Virus record (IMG/VR): IMGVR_UViG_3300025389_001063
Reading direction: 5' to 3' (one strand)
Length of the DNA stretch: 64,000 nt
From: a virus
Lineage: Duplodnaviria > Caudoviricetes
Part shown: positions 10,082 through 19,027 of the stretch, in pieces
Numbering within the stretch: the stretch's first letter is position 1
Layout of the letters: each line of letters opens with the position of its first letter
Program-made: the position numbers and the translations under genes
The notes under the pieces: model-generated
Database searches by the model: none
What the model saw: only the letters and a program-made list of their open reading frames with translations
Told to the model about the DNA's origin: nothing

Positions 10082-11516
10082 ACTTATTATTAAAGATGAA
10101 GTAAACATTAAGTTTGAAGGACTTAGTTTAGAAGCACGTCGCAAACTTGCTAATAAATTTAAGTTCGAAGTTCCTTGGGCAAGATATCAACCATCATATA
10201 GGTTAGGGCGCTGGGACGGTACCGTGGCGTTCTTTGGGGTCGGTGGCACCGGATACATCAATCAACTAGACGAGATCATCCCACTCTTAGAGGCGATGGA
10301 CTATGATATTGAAGTAGAAGACCACCGAACCCATTCTTCTATCCAATTCGAAGATATTGATCAAAACTATTGGGGAGAACTAACTTGGCCTAAAGGTCAC
10401 GTTAAAGAAGGTGAACCAATTGTACTACGTGACTATCAAGTAGATGCTGTTAACAATTTCCTCAAACAATCTACAGCATTACAAGAACTTGCTACCGGTG
10501 CTGGTAAGACAATCATTACTGCTACACTTTGTAAAATATGCGAGAAGTATGGACGTACATTAACTATCGTTCCAAACAAAGGACTTGTAGAACAAACAGA
10601 AGAAGATTTCCGCAACTGTCAATTAGATGTTGGTGTTTATTATGGTGATCGTAAAGAATTAAACAAGACCCATACAATTTGTACTTGGCAGAGTCTAAAC
10701 ATATTAGACAAGAAGAGCCATTATGACGAAACACTTACACTTGCTGAATTCTTAGAAGGCGTTAGTACAGTTATTGTAGACGAAGTGCATCAAGCAAAAG
10801 CAGAAGTTCTAAAGAAATTACTCACAGTTAATCTTGCTAATGCTCCAATACGTTGGGGATTAACTGGTACTGTTCCAAAAGAAAGATTTGAATTTGAGGC
10901 TATTAGATGTAGTCTAGGTGATGTTATTAATAGAATACAAGCACACGAATTACAAGCACAAGGTGTATTAAGCAATTGTCATGTTAATGTATTACAAACA
11001 ACAGATGTAAAAGAATTTAGAGCATATGCAGACGAATACAAATATCTAGTTACAGATGAAGATAGAATGCATTGGCTAGGTAATACAATTAAAGATATTG
11101 CTAAAACTGGAAATACCTTAGTACTTGTTAATAGAATTGAATCAGGAAAGATCTTAATCGATGAAATACCGGAAGCAGTCTTTGTCAGCGGCGAAGTTAA
11201 GAATAAGGATCGCAAAGAGGAATATGATGAGGTTAAAACGGCAACGGACAAAATCATTGTGGCCACATATGGAGTGGCAGCCGTGGGCATTAATATTCCT
11301 AGGATCTTTAATCTTGTTTTACTTGAGCCTGGAAAATCGTTTGTAAGAGTAATTCAAAGTATTGGTAGAGGAATTCGTAAAGCCGAAGATAAGGACTTTG
11401 TACAAATATGGGACATAACATCAACTTGTAAGTATGCCAAACGTCACCTCACGGAACGTAAAAGATATTATAAGGAGGCCAAATATCCCTTTACATTAAC
11501 TAAGGTAGACATATAA
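10068..11516 (+). CDS. uvsW: UvsW-like SF2 DNA helicase
   Basis: LATGAGKT, DEVH, GLTGT, GINIP, QSIGRGIR motifs; TTG start. Confidence 0.93.
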   Translation: MPSCKLIIKDEVNIKFEGLSLEARRKLANKFKFEVPWARYQPSYRLGRWDGTVAFFGVGGTGYINQLDEIIPLLEAMDYDIEVEDHRTHSSIQFEDIDQNYWGELTWPKGHVKEGEPIVLRDYQVDAVNNFLKQSTALQELATGAGKTIITATLCKICEKYGRTLTIVPNKGLVEQTEEDFRNCQLDVGVYYGDRKELNKTHTICTWQSLNILDKKSHYDETLTLAEFLEGVSTVIVDEVHQAKAEVLKKLLTVNLANAPIRWGLTGTVPKERFEFEAIRCSLGDVINRIQAHELQAQGVLSNCHVNVLQTTDVKEFRAYADEYKYLVTDEDRMHWLGNTIKDIAKTGNTLVLVNRIESGKILIDEIPEAVFVSGEVKNKDRKEEYDEVKTATDKIIVATYGVAAVGINIPRIFNLVLLEPGKSFVRVIQSIGRGIRKAEDKDFVQIWDITSTCKYAKRHLTERKRYYKEAKYPFTLTKVDI

Positions 11517-12022
11517 TGAAAATATTAACATTAGATAATCAAGCATTTGATTTAAACAATTTACCAGAAGAAGTAGACGATAGTATGAGGTTCTCTGTTT
11601 TAGATAATTCTAATCCTAACGAACCTGATTTCTTTTTTCAACCACTTATATTTTTAGAAAGTTTTAATGCTCCAGCAGTTGTACTAAAAATAGGACAATA
11701 TGAATTAGAAATGCCATTAGATTGGAGCATAGTAGTTGGTTGTAGAGAAAGCGGAAATGACTTAGAAGTTATTCCTCTTACCAGTTTAACAGATAGAGGA
11801 TTTGATTGTTTTATTTTTAATCCTCTCAGTGGATTTAAATTTAGTTTTCTAGATGTTGAAATTACAAATATCTATATGGATATTAAATGGTATTTTCCAA
11901 AGATGCGTAATGGACAAATATTAACAGTTCCTTTATCAACTGGAGATGATCCTCTTTGTGCTTACTTTGTTAAAGAGATAAGTAGACAGAGCGAAATAAT
12001 ACAATATTCTAAATTGCTCTAG
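11516..12022 (+). CDS. Hypothetical protein
   Basis: 168 aa ORF translationally coupled (TAATG) to uvsW. Confidence 0.75.
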   Translation: MKILTLDNQAFDLNNLPEEVDDSMRFSVLDNSNPNEPDFFFQPLIFLESFNAPAVVLKIGQYELEMPLDWSIVVGCRESGNDLEVIPLTSLTDRGFDCFIFNPLSGFKFSFLDVEITNIYMDIKWYFPKMRNGQILTVPLSTGDDPLCAYFVKEISRQSEIIQYSKLL

Positions 12023-12031
12023 GAGATTTTG

Positions 12032-12397
12032 ATGAAATCGGGAAAAGTTTGGGGAGTAACAGAACTCATCCATGCCAACGGAATATTAGAGTTTCATCGT
12101 ATCGATACTAAAAAAGGTGGTGTTTGTAGTAAACATAAACACAAACATAAATGGAATGGCTTCTTTGTTGAAAGTGGTAAACTTCTAATCCGTACTTGGA
12201 AAAATGATTACGATCTTATTGATGAAACTATATTAGAAGCAGGCGATTGGCACGTAGCAAAGCCCGGCGAATTCCATCAATTTGAAGCAGTAGAAGATAC
12301 TATAGCATTTGAATTATATTGGCCTATGTTGCTTATTGATGAACACCCTGATGACATTGTTAGAGAAACTCATGGTTTTGCCAAAGGCAAAAAATGA
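12032..12397 (+). CDS. Cupin (sugar isomerase/epimerase-like)
   Basis: KVWG, CSKHKHKHKWNGF, PGEFHQF; AGGAG SD. Confidence 0.8.
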   Translation: MKSGKVWGVTELIHANGILEFHRIDTKKGGVCSKHKHKHKWNGFFVESGKLLIRTWKNDYDLIDETILEAGDWHVAKPGEFHQFEAVEDTIAFELYWPMLLIDEHPDDIVRETHGFAKGKK

Positions 12398-13059
12398 CGT
12401 TTAATACATATATTATTAGATTAAAAGGAAATCAACTTTCAGAACAGTTAGCTAAAGATGTATTTCAATCATCTCTAAAATTTAATTTTAATCCAATATA
12501 TTTTGATGCTATTGATAAAAGTAAAGCATTAGATTTTATAAGTTCGGAAAATTTAATCCTAGCTAAAGATAAAAAAATGAAAGCATCTTTAGGAACTATA
12601 GGATGCTTTTGTAGTCATTATAGTTTATGGAAAATAGCTTCAAAACAAGATAAACCAATAATAATTTTAGAACACGATGGGGTTATTATTAACGACTTTA
12701 AAACTATTATTAATCAAATACAAGATGTTTGTCATCTAGATCCAAACGATCCTTATAGTTTTAATTATGATGAATCTGTTTCAAAAGTTAAAGACTTAAA
12801 GGTTGAATATTATCAAAGAGCCGAATTAAAACAAAAAAGAATAACCGGTGGATATTTTAGAGGAGCATATGGATATATTTTGACTCCTTACGGAGCAACT
12901 AAACTAATTAACTTTGTTAGAGAAAAAGGATGTTTTACTGCTGACAGATCTATCTGCGAAAGAGCAGTATTCTTAACACAAACTTCTTATACTTGTGTTA
13001 GATTACATAGTTTTTTTGATTCAGCTAAAAAGATTAAAGATTATTCTACGAGAGATTAA
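12394..13059 (+). CDS. GT25-like glycosyltransferase
   Basis: YIIRL, GCFCSHYSLW, IILEHD, GAYGYILTP. Confidence 0.8.
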   Translation: MTFNTYIIRLKGNQLSEQLAKDVFQSSLKFNFNPIYFDAIDKSKALDFISSENLILAKDKKMKASLGTIGCFCSHYSLWKIASKQDKPIIILEHDGVIINDFKTIINQIQDVCHLDPNDPYSFNYDESVSKVKDLKVEYYQRAELKQKRITGGYFRGAYGYILTPYGATKLINFVREKGCFTADRSICERAVFLTQTSYTCVRLHSFFDSAKKIKDYSTRD

Positions 13060-13302
13060 ATGGTAAAACAATATGAAGATGACACATACATATATGAAAG
13101 TCCAGATGGAGGTAAATCTGTTTATCGTAGAGAGATAGGTGGTATCACAAGAGAATTGTTAATATCTTCAGAACCTAATGATTTATTCCATTATGCTGAA
13201 TTTGTTAAAATAATAGACCTATCTTATAAAAACCCTGCGGTGAAGAAGGCTCTTGATAATCTTCTATTAATATACTATACTGTAAGAGATGGGACAGAAT
13301 AA
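13060..13302 (+). CDS. Hypothetical protein
   Basis: 80 aa, YESPDGGKSVYRR motif. Confidence 0.7.
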   Translation: MVKQYEDDTYIYESPDGGKSVYRREIGGITRELLISSEPNDLFHYAEFVKIIDLSYKNPAVKKALDNLLLIYYTVRDGTE

Positions 13303-13765
13303 ACATATAGACCTCTTTAAGGAAATGATTCCTAGTGTAGACATGGGTATTAAAGACCTGTGGGATGCTGCTACGGACGAAGGTCGAAAAGAAATTAAAG
13401 GTGATCTTTGGAACTTAAACAGGTACATAAGTTCAGTTAAAACTAATAATAGAGAGCAACAAGAATACTTTGTTACTATGGTAAATGAACTTTATAATAA
13501 ACATTGGTTTGAATTACAGAAACATCCTAAACTACTTTGGATTTTACTTTGTATGTGTAGTTGGGATAAAGAGAAAACATTCTTTCATGAATGGATACCT
13601 CTAGGAAAGAAATCTTCCAATAAACGTGTTAAAATATTAGCAGAAGCATATCCTCATCTAAAAGACGACGAACTAGAAGTATTGGCAGAAATAAATGGAA
13701 CCGCTGGCATTAAAGACCTTGCGAGACAGATGGGATATTCCGAAAAGGAGATTAAAAATCTCTAA
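13289..13765 (+). CDS. Putative clamp-loader small subunit (T4 gp62-like)
   Basis: LWNLNRYISS...VNELYN...HPKLLW pattern, size and replication context. Confidence 0.5.
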   Translation: MGQNKHIDLFKEMIPSVDMGIKDLWDAATDEGRKEIKGDLWNLNRYISSVKTNNREQQEYFVTMVNELYNKHWFELQKHPKLLWILLCMCSWDKEKTFFHEWIPLGKKSSNKRVKILAEAYPHLKDDELEVLAEINGTAGIKDLARQMGYSEKEIKNL

Positions 13766-14435
13766 CTACGTTTGTGAGCATTGCGGCAAGAGTTTTGTTA
13801 AAGAAAAGACCTTAATGGTTCATATGTGTGAACCAAAGCGTCGTTATATGCAACGTGATGAACGTAGAGTACAGAATGGATTTTATGTTTATAATAAATT
13901 TTATAAAATCACACAAAATGCTAAGAAAGAAAAGAAATATGAAGAATTTATAAAGAGTCCCTATTACAATGCATTTGTAAAGTTTGGATCCTTTATGAGT
14001 AATGTTAATCCATTATACCCAGACAAATATATTGATTGGATTATTAAAAGTGGCATTGCACTAGACAAATGGTGCAGAGAAGAAATATATGACAAATATG
14101 TTATTGATCTTATTAGAACAGAACATGTTGAGACTGCGGCAGAAAGATCTATTCAAACTATGGTACAATGGGGAGAAAAACATAGCGCAGGTTGGAATCA
14201 CTATTTTAGTTATGCTAATGTAAATAAGATTGTGTACGATGTAAGAGATGGTAAAATATCGCCGTGGATTATGCTTAATAGTGATAATGGTATTAGATCA
14301 TTACAGAATATGAACGACGAACAATTACAAATCATTGCTCCCATGGTAGACATTGAATTCTGGTCCGATCATTTTAAAAAACATAAAGCAGATACAGAAT
14401 TTGCTAAAAAATTAATAAGGGAGGCAAAGATATGA
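13758..14435 (+). CDS. C2H2 zinc-finger hypothetical protein, possible ATC start
   Basis: CEHC-x-HMC; AAGGAG lies 7 nt before ATC 13758; the only upstream ATG (13695) overlaps the previous gene by 71 nt. Confidence 0.7.
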   Translation: MSNYVCEHCGKSFVKEKTLMVHMCEPKRRYMQRDERRVQNGFYVYNKFYKITQNAKKEKKYEEFIKSPYYNAFVKFGSFMSNVNPLYPDKYIDWIIKSGIALDKWCREEIYDKYVIDLIRTEHVETAAERSIQTMVQWGEKHSAGWNHYFSYANVNKIVYDVRDGKISPWIMLNSDNGIRSLQNMNDEQLQIIAPMVDIEFWSDHFKKHKADTEFAKKLIREAKI

Positions 14436-14644
14436 GTGAAGAATTTGAAGATATCCCCGACAATGAAGACAATGGAAATTATCAAGCCGTTGACCTTAAA
14501 TATCAAATCTTTTCCGATGAAAAAGATAACACTGTCTACTTAAAATTTACAGGATTTGATAATCAAAAACAAATGGATAATTTTGTTGAATACATCGACT
14601 TCTCTTTACCATTACTATTATTCAATAGCGATACAAAACACTAA
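14432..14644 (+). CDS. Small acidic hypothetical protein
   Basis: 70 aa, ATGA-coupled, AGGAGG SD. Confidence 0.7.
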   Translation: MSEEFEDIPDNEDNGNYQAVDLKYQIFSDEKDNTVYLKFTGFDNQKQMDNFVEYIDFSLPLLLFNSDTKH

Positions 14645-15216
14645 TGGATATTGATATTGACTTCTTTGATAGAAACAAAGCACTAGATGTTTTACCTCAT
14701 CGTTTAGCAATGAGGCATCAAAAAGGAGAAGAAGTTAAACATAATACAGGTGTTTACTTTACAGAAATTCCTCACAATCCATTTACAAATATTTCAACTA
14801 TTGACTACGAACAAGCAGAAGAAAGAGGATATTTTAAAATAGACTTTCTTAATGTTAGTATGTATGACGGTGTAAAGGATGAAGAACATCTTATAAAACT
14901 ACTAACACAAGAACCAAATTGGGACTTTCTCGAATACAAAGAAATTGTAGATCAACTATTTCATATTAATGGTCACTTTGATATTGTTAATAAATTAAAA
15001 CCTAAATCAATTGAACAACTTGCTGCTGTATTAGCAATTATACGCCCTGCTAAACGATATCTTGTAGATAGTGATTGGAATACAATTAATAACGAAGTTT
15101 GGACTAAATCTGAAGAAGGATATTTCTTTAAAAAATCACATGCTATAGCATATGCTCATGCCATTGTAGTACAAATGAATTTATTAATAGAACAATCTAA
15201 CGCTTTGGTGTCCTAA
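14644..15216 (+). CDS. dnaE: Miniature DNA polymerase III alpha (C-family palm/fingers fragment)
   Basis: MDIDIDF, HNTGVY, GYFKIDFLN, IIRP, FKKSHAIAY correspond to DnaE PDFDVDF, HAGGV, KFDFLG, RPG and FNKSHSAAY. Confidence 0.8.
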   Translation: MDIDIDFFDRNKALDVLPHRLAMRHQKGEEVKHNTGVYFTEIPHNPFTNISTIDYEQAEERGYFKIDFLNVSMYDGVKDEEHLIKLLTQEPNWDFLEYKEIVDQLFHINGHFDIVNKLKPKSIEQLAAVLAIIRPAKRYLVDSDWNTINNEVWTKSEEGYFFKKSHAIAYAHAIVVQMNLLIEQSNALVS

Positions 15217-15571
15217 CTAATTGTACAGAACGACGTTTTACTCTTTTTAACATAATATTGTGTAAATTTACTACTGGACCTATTAATATCTGAACATCTT
15301 TAGTTGTTAGGTTTTTTATAGCATATCGAAAGACTTCCATCTCTTTTCGTAAGAATATATTAATGGGAATCATTCTGTTTGATTCCCACCACCATACATC
15401 ACCTAATTGTAAAAACGCTTTCTTGTGATCATCACCTTTTAATATATTATAATCATATATGCTCGTTATGTTGTTATCTTGGTTAATTATTATCCCAACA
15501 TACTCGTGGTTACCATATGTGATTACTGTGATGAACGGAAAATCGTCTTCTATCTGTTCTTTTAATAGCAT
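15197..15571 (-). CDS. Hypothetical protein
   Basis: 124 aa, WWWESNRMIPI motif; TAAATA 3 nt upstream. Confidence 0.75.
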   Translation of the reverse strand: MLLKEQIEDDFPFITVITYGNHEYVGIIINQDNNITSIYDYNILKGDDHKKAFLQLGDVWWWESNRMIPINIFLRKEMEVFRYAIKNLTTKDVQILIGPVVNLHNIMLKRVKRRSVQLVRTPKR

Positions 15572-15580
15572 AAATATTTA
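15571..15580. promoter_or_regulatory. Bidirectional late-type promoter
   Basis: Palindrome TAAATATTTA gives TAAATA on both strands between divergent genes. Confidence 0.55.
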
Positions 15581-15596
15581 CAAGGATCCTTTTAAC

Positions 15597-16409
15597 ATGC
15601 ATAAGCAACCAGCGTATTTATACAAAAACGTCCAGGAACTTTATACTGATCTGGATCCAAAATGGATGGGGTATAGGAAGGTGTACGCAAGAACTTTGAA
15701 ACTCTATAAGGGTATTGATAACTCATTTACTATGAAACTAATGAATGGGGATCAGAAACTCCTAGACTTGTCAAATCAAGGACAAACTCTTTGGTTTCAG
15801 ATATTAGATCGCGATACAGCAGAACTTAAATTTATTACCAGCATGGCTATCGATTGTAATACTGCCCCTAATTCATTTGTTACTCTTTCTCTATCGGAAG
15901 GAGATTTAGAACCACTTAATAGTGGACATTATATGTATAGTACATACCTACAAGATGCTACAGGTAAAAGAACTATACTTTACGGAGACTCACAGTTTGG
16001 CGCAAGCGTTCCTGTTGAGATAATAGAAAATGCATTTCCAAATGTTCTACCTTCGCAGGAAGTTCTACATTCAGAATTTATTACTGCGGAGCAAGTTAAC
16101 TATGTGGTCCAAGACAATTCACTCTATACTTCCTCGCTTAACGGTCATCCTGATCTCAATAGTAATACAGCTCTTCATACTGCGGCATTGTATTGTACAG
16201 GATATTCAGGACAGGTTGAGATTCAAGTAACACTCGAGAATGGACATACCGATATTATAAAATTCTCAGTGCTAAAAACTATTACAGTAACTCCAGATCA
16301 AACTATCATTTATGATAACTTCAATGGTATCTATAGTTGGGTTAGATTCCGTATGATACCTGATCTAAGCAATACTGGAACAATTGACAAAATCCTTTAT
16401 CGAAGTTAA
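15597..16409 (+). CDS. Putative virion structural protein (beta-rich)
   Basis: LKLYKGIDN, N-terminal half resembles BppU-like baseplate domains; late-type promoter; start ATG 15597. Confidence 0.55.
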   Translation: MHKQPAYLYKNVQELYTDLDPKWMGYRKVYARTLKLYKGIDNSFTMKLMNGDQKLLDLSNQGQTLWFQILDRDTAELKFITSMAIDCNTAPNSFVTLSLSEGDLEPLNSGHYMYSTYLQDATGKRTILYGDSQFGASVPVEIIENAFPNVLPSQEVLHSEFITAEQVNYVVQDNSLYTSSLNGHPDLNSNTALHTAALYCTGYSGQVEIQVTLENGHTDIIKFSVLKTITVTPDQTIIYDNFNGIYSWVRFRMIPDLSNTGTIDKILYRS

Positions 16410-16418
16410 TATGCTTGT

Positions 16419-17384
16419 ATGAGTCTTTATGACGACTTACTTGCTCTTGCTCCAAACAAGAAACAGACGCCTAACGGTTGGGTGAGTTTCAATGCTCCTT
16501 GTTGTGTCCATCAAGGTGAGAATCGCGATACAAAGAAACGTGGAGGAATAAAGAGAACCGACGACGGCGGTGCTACATATCATTGCTTTAACTGTGGATA
16601 TAAGGCAAGTTGGAGACCAGGACGTGGACTTAGCAAACGAATGAAAGAATTGCTAGGATGGATGGGCGCAAGTACCGATCAAATTAATAAGATTGCGTTT
16701 GAATGTTTAAAGACCGAAAGTGGACAAAAGGCAGAACATATAGTTGCTATTCCAGAATTTATTCCACGTCCACTACCTAACAACTCATATAAGATTACAG
16801 AAGAACTAGTAATGAATGACGAGAGAGTGCATCCCGTTGTTCAATACTTAGATGGTCGTGGATTAAACATTTATGATCATGATTTATATTGGAGTGAAGG
16901 AAATGGATGGCATGATAAATTGATTATACCTATTACTGTAAATAGACAACTTATGGGATTTGTTGCTCGTAAGATTACAGACGGTGGTCCTAAATATATT
17001 AAAAGTCATCCCCCCTTTATAGTATTCAATTTAGATAAACAAACTTGGGATAAAAAGTTTGTACTAGTGTTTGAAGGTAATATTGATGCTTTATTGTTAG
17101 ACGGTGTTAGTGTAATGACTAATGAATGTAGTCCAGAACAAGCATTACAAATTAATAACTTAGGTAAACAGGTTATCGTTGTTCCAGATCAAGATGCCGC
17201 AGGTGAAACTCTAATTAAACATGCTTTAGAATACGGATGGAGCGTATCTTTTCCTAATTGGGAAGAAGATATTAAAGATGCTGCTGATGCTGTGAAAAGA
17301 TATGGAAGATTAACTACATTGATAAGTATCATAATGAATATAGAAAGTAATCCACTTAAAATTAAATTAAGGATGAAGATATGA
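16419..17384 (+). CDS. DNA primase
   Basis: Zn finger CCVH...CFNC; TOPRIM FEGNIDAL, PDQDAAG; TTGACA-N17-TAATAT-N6-ATG. Confidence 0.88.
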   Translation: MSLYDDLLALAPNKKQTPNGWVSFNAPCCVHQGENRDTKKRGGIKRTDDGGATYHCFNCGYKASWRPGRGLSKRMKELLGWMGASTDQINKIAFECLKTESGQKAEHIVAIPEFIPRPLPNNSYKITEELVMNDERVHPVVQYLDGRGLNIYDHDLYWSEGNGWHDKLIIPITVNRQLMGFVARKITDGGPKYIKSHPPFIVFNLDKQTWDKKFVLVFEGNIDALLLDGVSVMTNECSPEQALQINNLGKQVIVVPDQDAAGETLIKHALEYGWSVSFPNWEEDIKDAADAVKRYGRLTTLISIIMNIESNPLKIKLRMKI

Positions 17385-17494
17385 AAAAATTATGGGAAAT
17401 TATTACATGGCCCTGGCATGCTATCCGAGACGAATATAAATTTAGAAAACGTCTTAAAGAACTACGTAAGAAAGATCCATTTAATTACAAATGA
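17381..17494 (+). CDS. 37 aa basic peptide (not in ORF track)
   Basis: MKKLWEIITWPWHAIRDEYKFRKRLKELRKKDPFNYK, ATGA-coupled on both ends. Confidence 0.65.
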   Translation: MKKLWEIITWPWHAIRDEYKFRKRLKELRKKDPFNYK

Positions 17495-18990
17495 TCACTT
17501 GGGGAATATCTGCTAACAGTCATGATGCTGCACTTGCAGTATTTGATGATGATCGATTGCTCTTTGCTAGTCATAGCGAACGATTCAGTGGAATTAAGAA
17601 CGATGGTCATTTAGACTATAAAATGATTAAATATGCTATACAACTAGCAGGTGAACCAGATCTAGTATGTTGGTACGAAAATCCTAATTGGAAATTTGCT
17701 AGACAAGTATATGCCGGTCAGAATGTAAAAGAGTGCTGGAATGATCGAAATATTAAAAATTATTTGGCTAGTTACGGTATACATGCTCCTATCAAATATT
17801 CCAACCATCACGAAGCACATGCCGCTGGAGCATTTTATACTAGTCCTTTTGATTCTTGCGCTGTTCTATGCATTGATTCTATAGGTGAATGGATTACTAC
17901 TTCTATCTGGACAGCAAATAAAGATAAAGGTCTTAAACAAATTTGGAAACAAGTATATCCTCATAGTATAGGACTTTGGTACTCTGCTATGACTCAACGT
18001 ATAGGTCTTAAACCTAACGAAGAAGAATATATCCTTATGGGTATGGCTGCTTTTGGTGATCCAAATAAACTATACGGTCGTATACTAGAAGACTTCTTTG
18101 AACCAGGCGATTGGAATGATGACTTTAGATTAAAACATAATTTACATCGTGGTTGTAAATGGTGGGCACCTGAATTAACAAGCGAACAAGATATATTTAA
18201 TATTGCCGCAGCAACACAAGCAATCTACGAAAGAAAATTTGGAGACTTGCTACTTAAGACAATGGTATTAACAGGTGCTAATAAAATAGCACTCGCAGGA
18301 GGTTGTGCTCTTAATTGTGTTGCTAACGATCTAGCACTAGAAGTATTCACTAATGTTTGGATTTATCCCAACCCAGGTGATGCTGGATCAAGTGTAGGTA
18401 CAGTACTAGCATATCGTAAACAAAAAATTGATTGGGAACATTGCTATTGGGGTTACGATATTCCAGGTCACTATCCCATTAAAGAAACATTAGAAGTTCT
18501 CTTAAAAGGTCTACCAGTTGGTGTAGCAAATGGACAAGCAGAGTTTGGCCCTAGAGCATTAGGTAATAGAAGTTTACTTGCTGATCCAAGATCAAATACA
18601 ATTAAAGACAAAGTAAATGAAATTAAGAGACGACAGAAGTTTAGACCGTTTGCTCCTGCTATCCTAGAAGAACATGCTAAGGATTACTTCCAATTAAACG
18701 GACACACATCTAGGTTTATGCAATATGCTGTACCTTGCTTACGCTCAAATGAGTTTCCTGCTATTATACATGTTGATCATACTAGTCGTGTTCAAACCGT
18801 TCCCGATAACGGAACTGGATTTCGTAAACTTCTCGAAGCATGGTATGAAGAAACAGGTTGTCCAATGCTACTCAATACTAGTTTAAACATTAAAGGTAAA
18901 CCGATGGTTAATGATAGTCTTGATGCTGAGGCATTTAGAAAACACTATAACGTACCAGTTCTTACTCATGCAAACACTTTGAAAAGATAA
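17491..18990 (+). CDS. NodU/CmcH-family carbamoyltransferase
   Basis: HDAALA, HHEAHAAGAF, LAGGCALNC, GDAGSSVG, EFGPRALGNRSLLADP, FRPFAP, LLNTSLN. Confidence 0.95.
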   Translation: MITWGISANSHDAALAVFDDDRLLFASHSERFSGIKNDGHLDYKMIKYAIQLAGEPDLVCWYENPNWKFARQVYAGQNVKECWNDRNIKNYLASYGIHAPIKYSNHHEAHAAGAFYTSPFDSCAVLCIDSIGEWITTSIWTANKDKGLKQIWKQVYPHSIGLWYSAMTQRIGLKPNEEEYILMGMAAFGDPNKLYGRILEDFFEPGDWNDDFRLKHNLHRGCKWWAPELTSEQDIFNIAAATQAIYERKFGDLLLKTMVLTGANKIALAGGCALNCVANDLALEVFTNVWIYPNPGDAGSSVGTVLAYRKQKIDWEHCYWGYDIPGHYPIKETLEVLLKGLPVGVANGQAEFGPRALGNRSLLADPRSNTIKDKVNEIKRRQKFRPFAPAILEEHAKDYFQLNGHTSRFMQYAVPCLRSNEFPAIIHVDHTSRVQTVPDNGTGFRKLLEAWYEETGCPMLLNTSLNIKGKPMVNDSLDAEAFRKHYNVPVLTHANTLKR

Positions 18991-19027
18991 TCTTTTACTT
19001 AAACCAATCAAGGTACTATAATACAAT

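Noticed and set aside
7197-18990. Nod-factor mimic cluster (NodU-like enzyme, desaturase, GTs)
   Set aside because: No NodA, NodB or NodC-like genes are visible; the carbamoyltransferase family has many other substrates.
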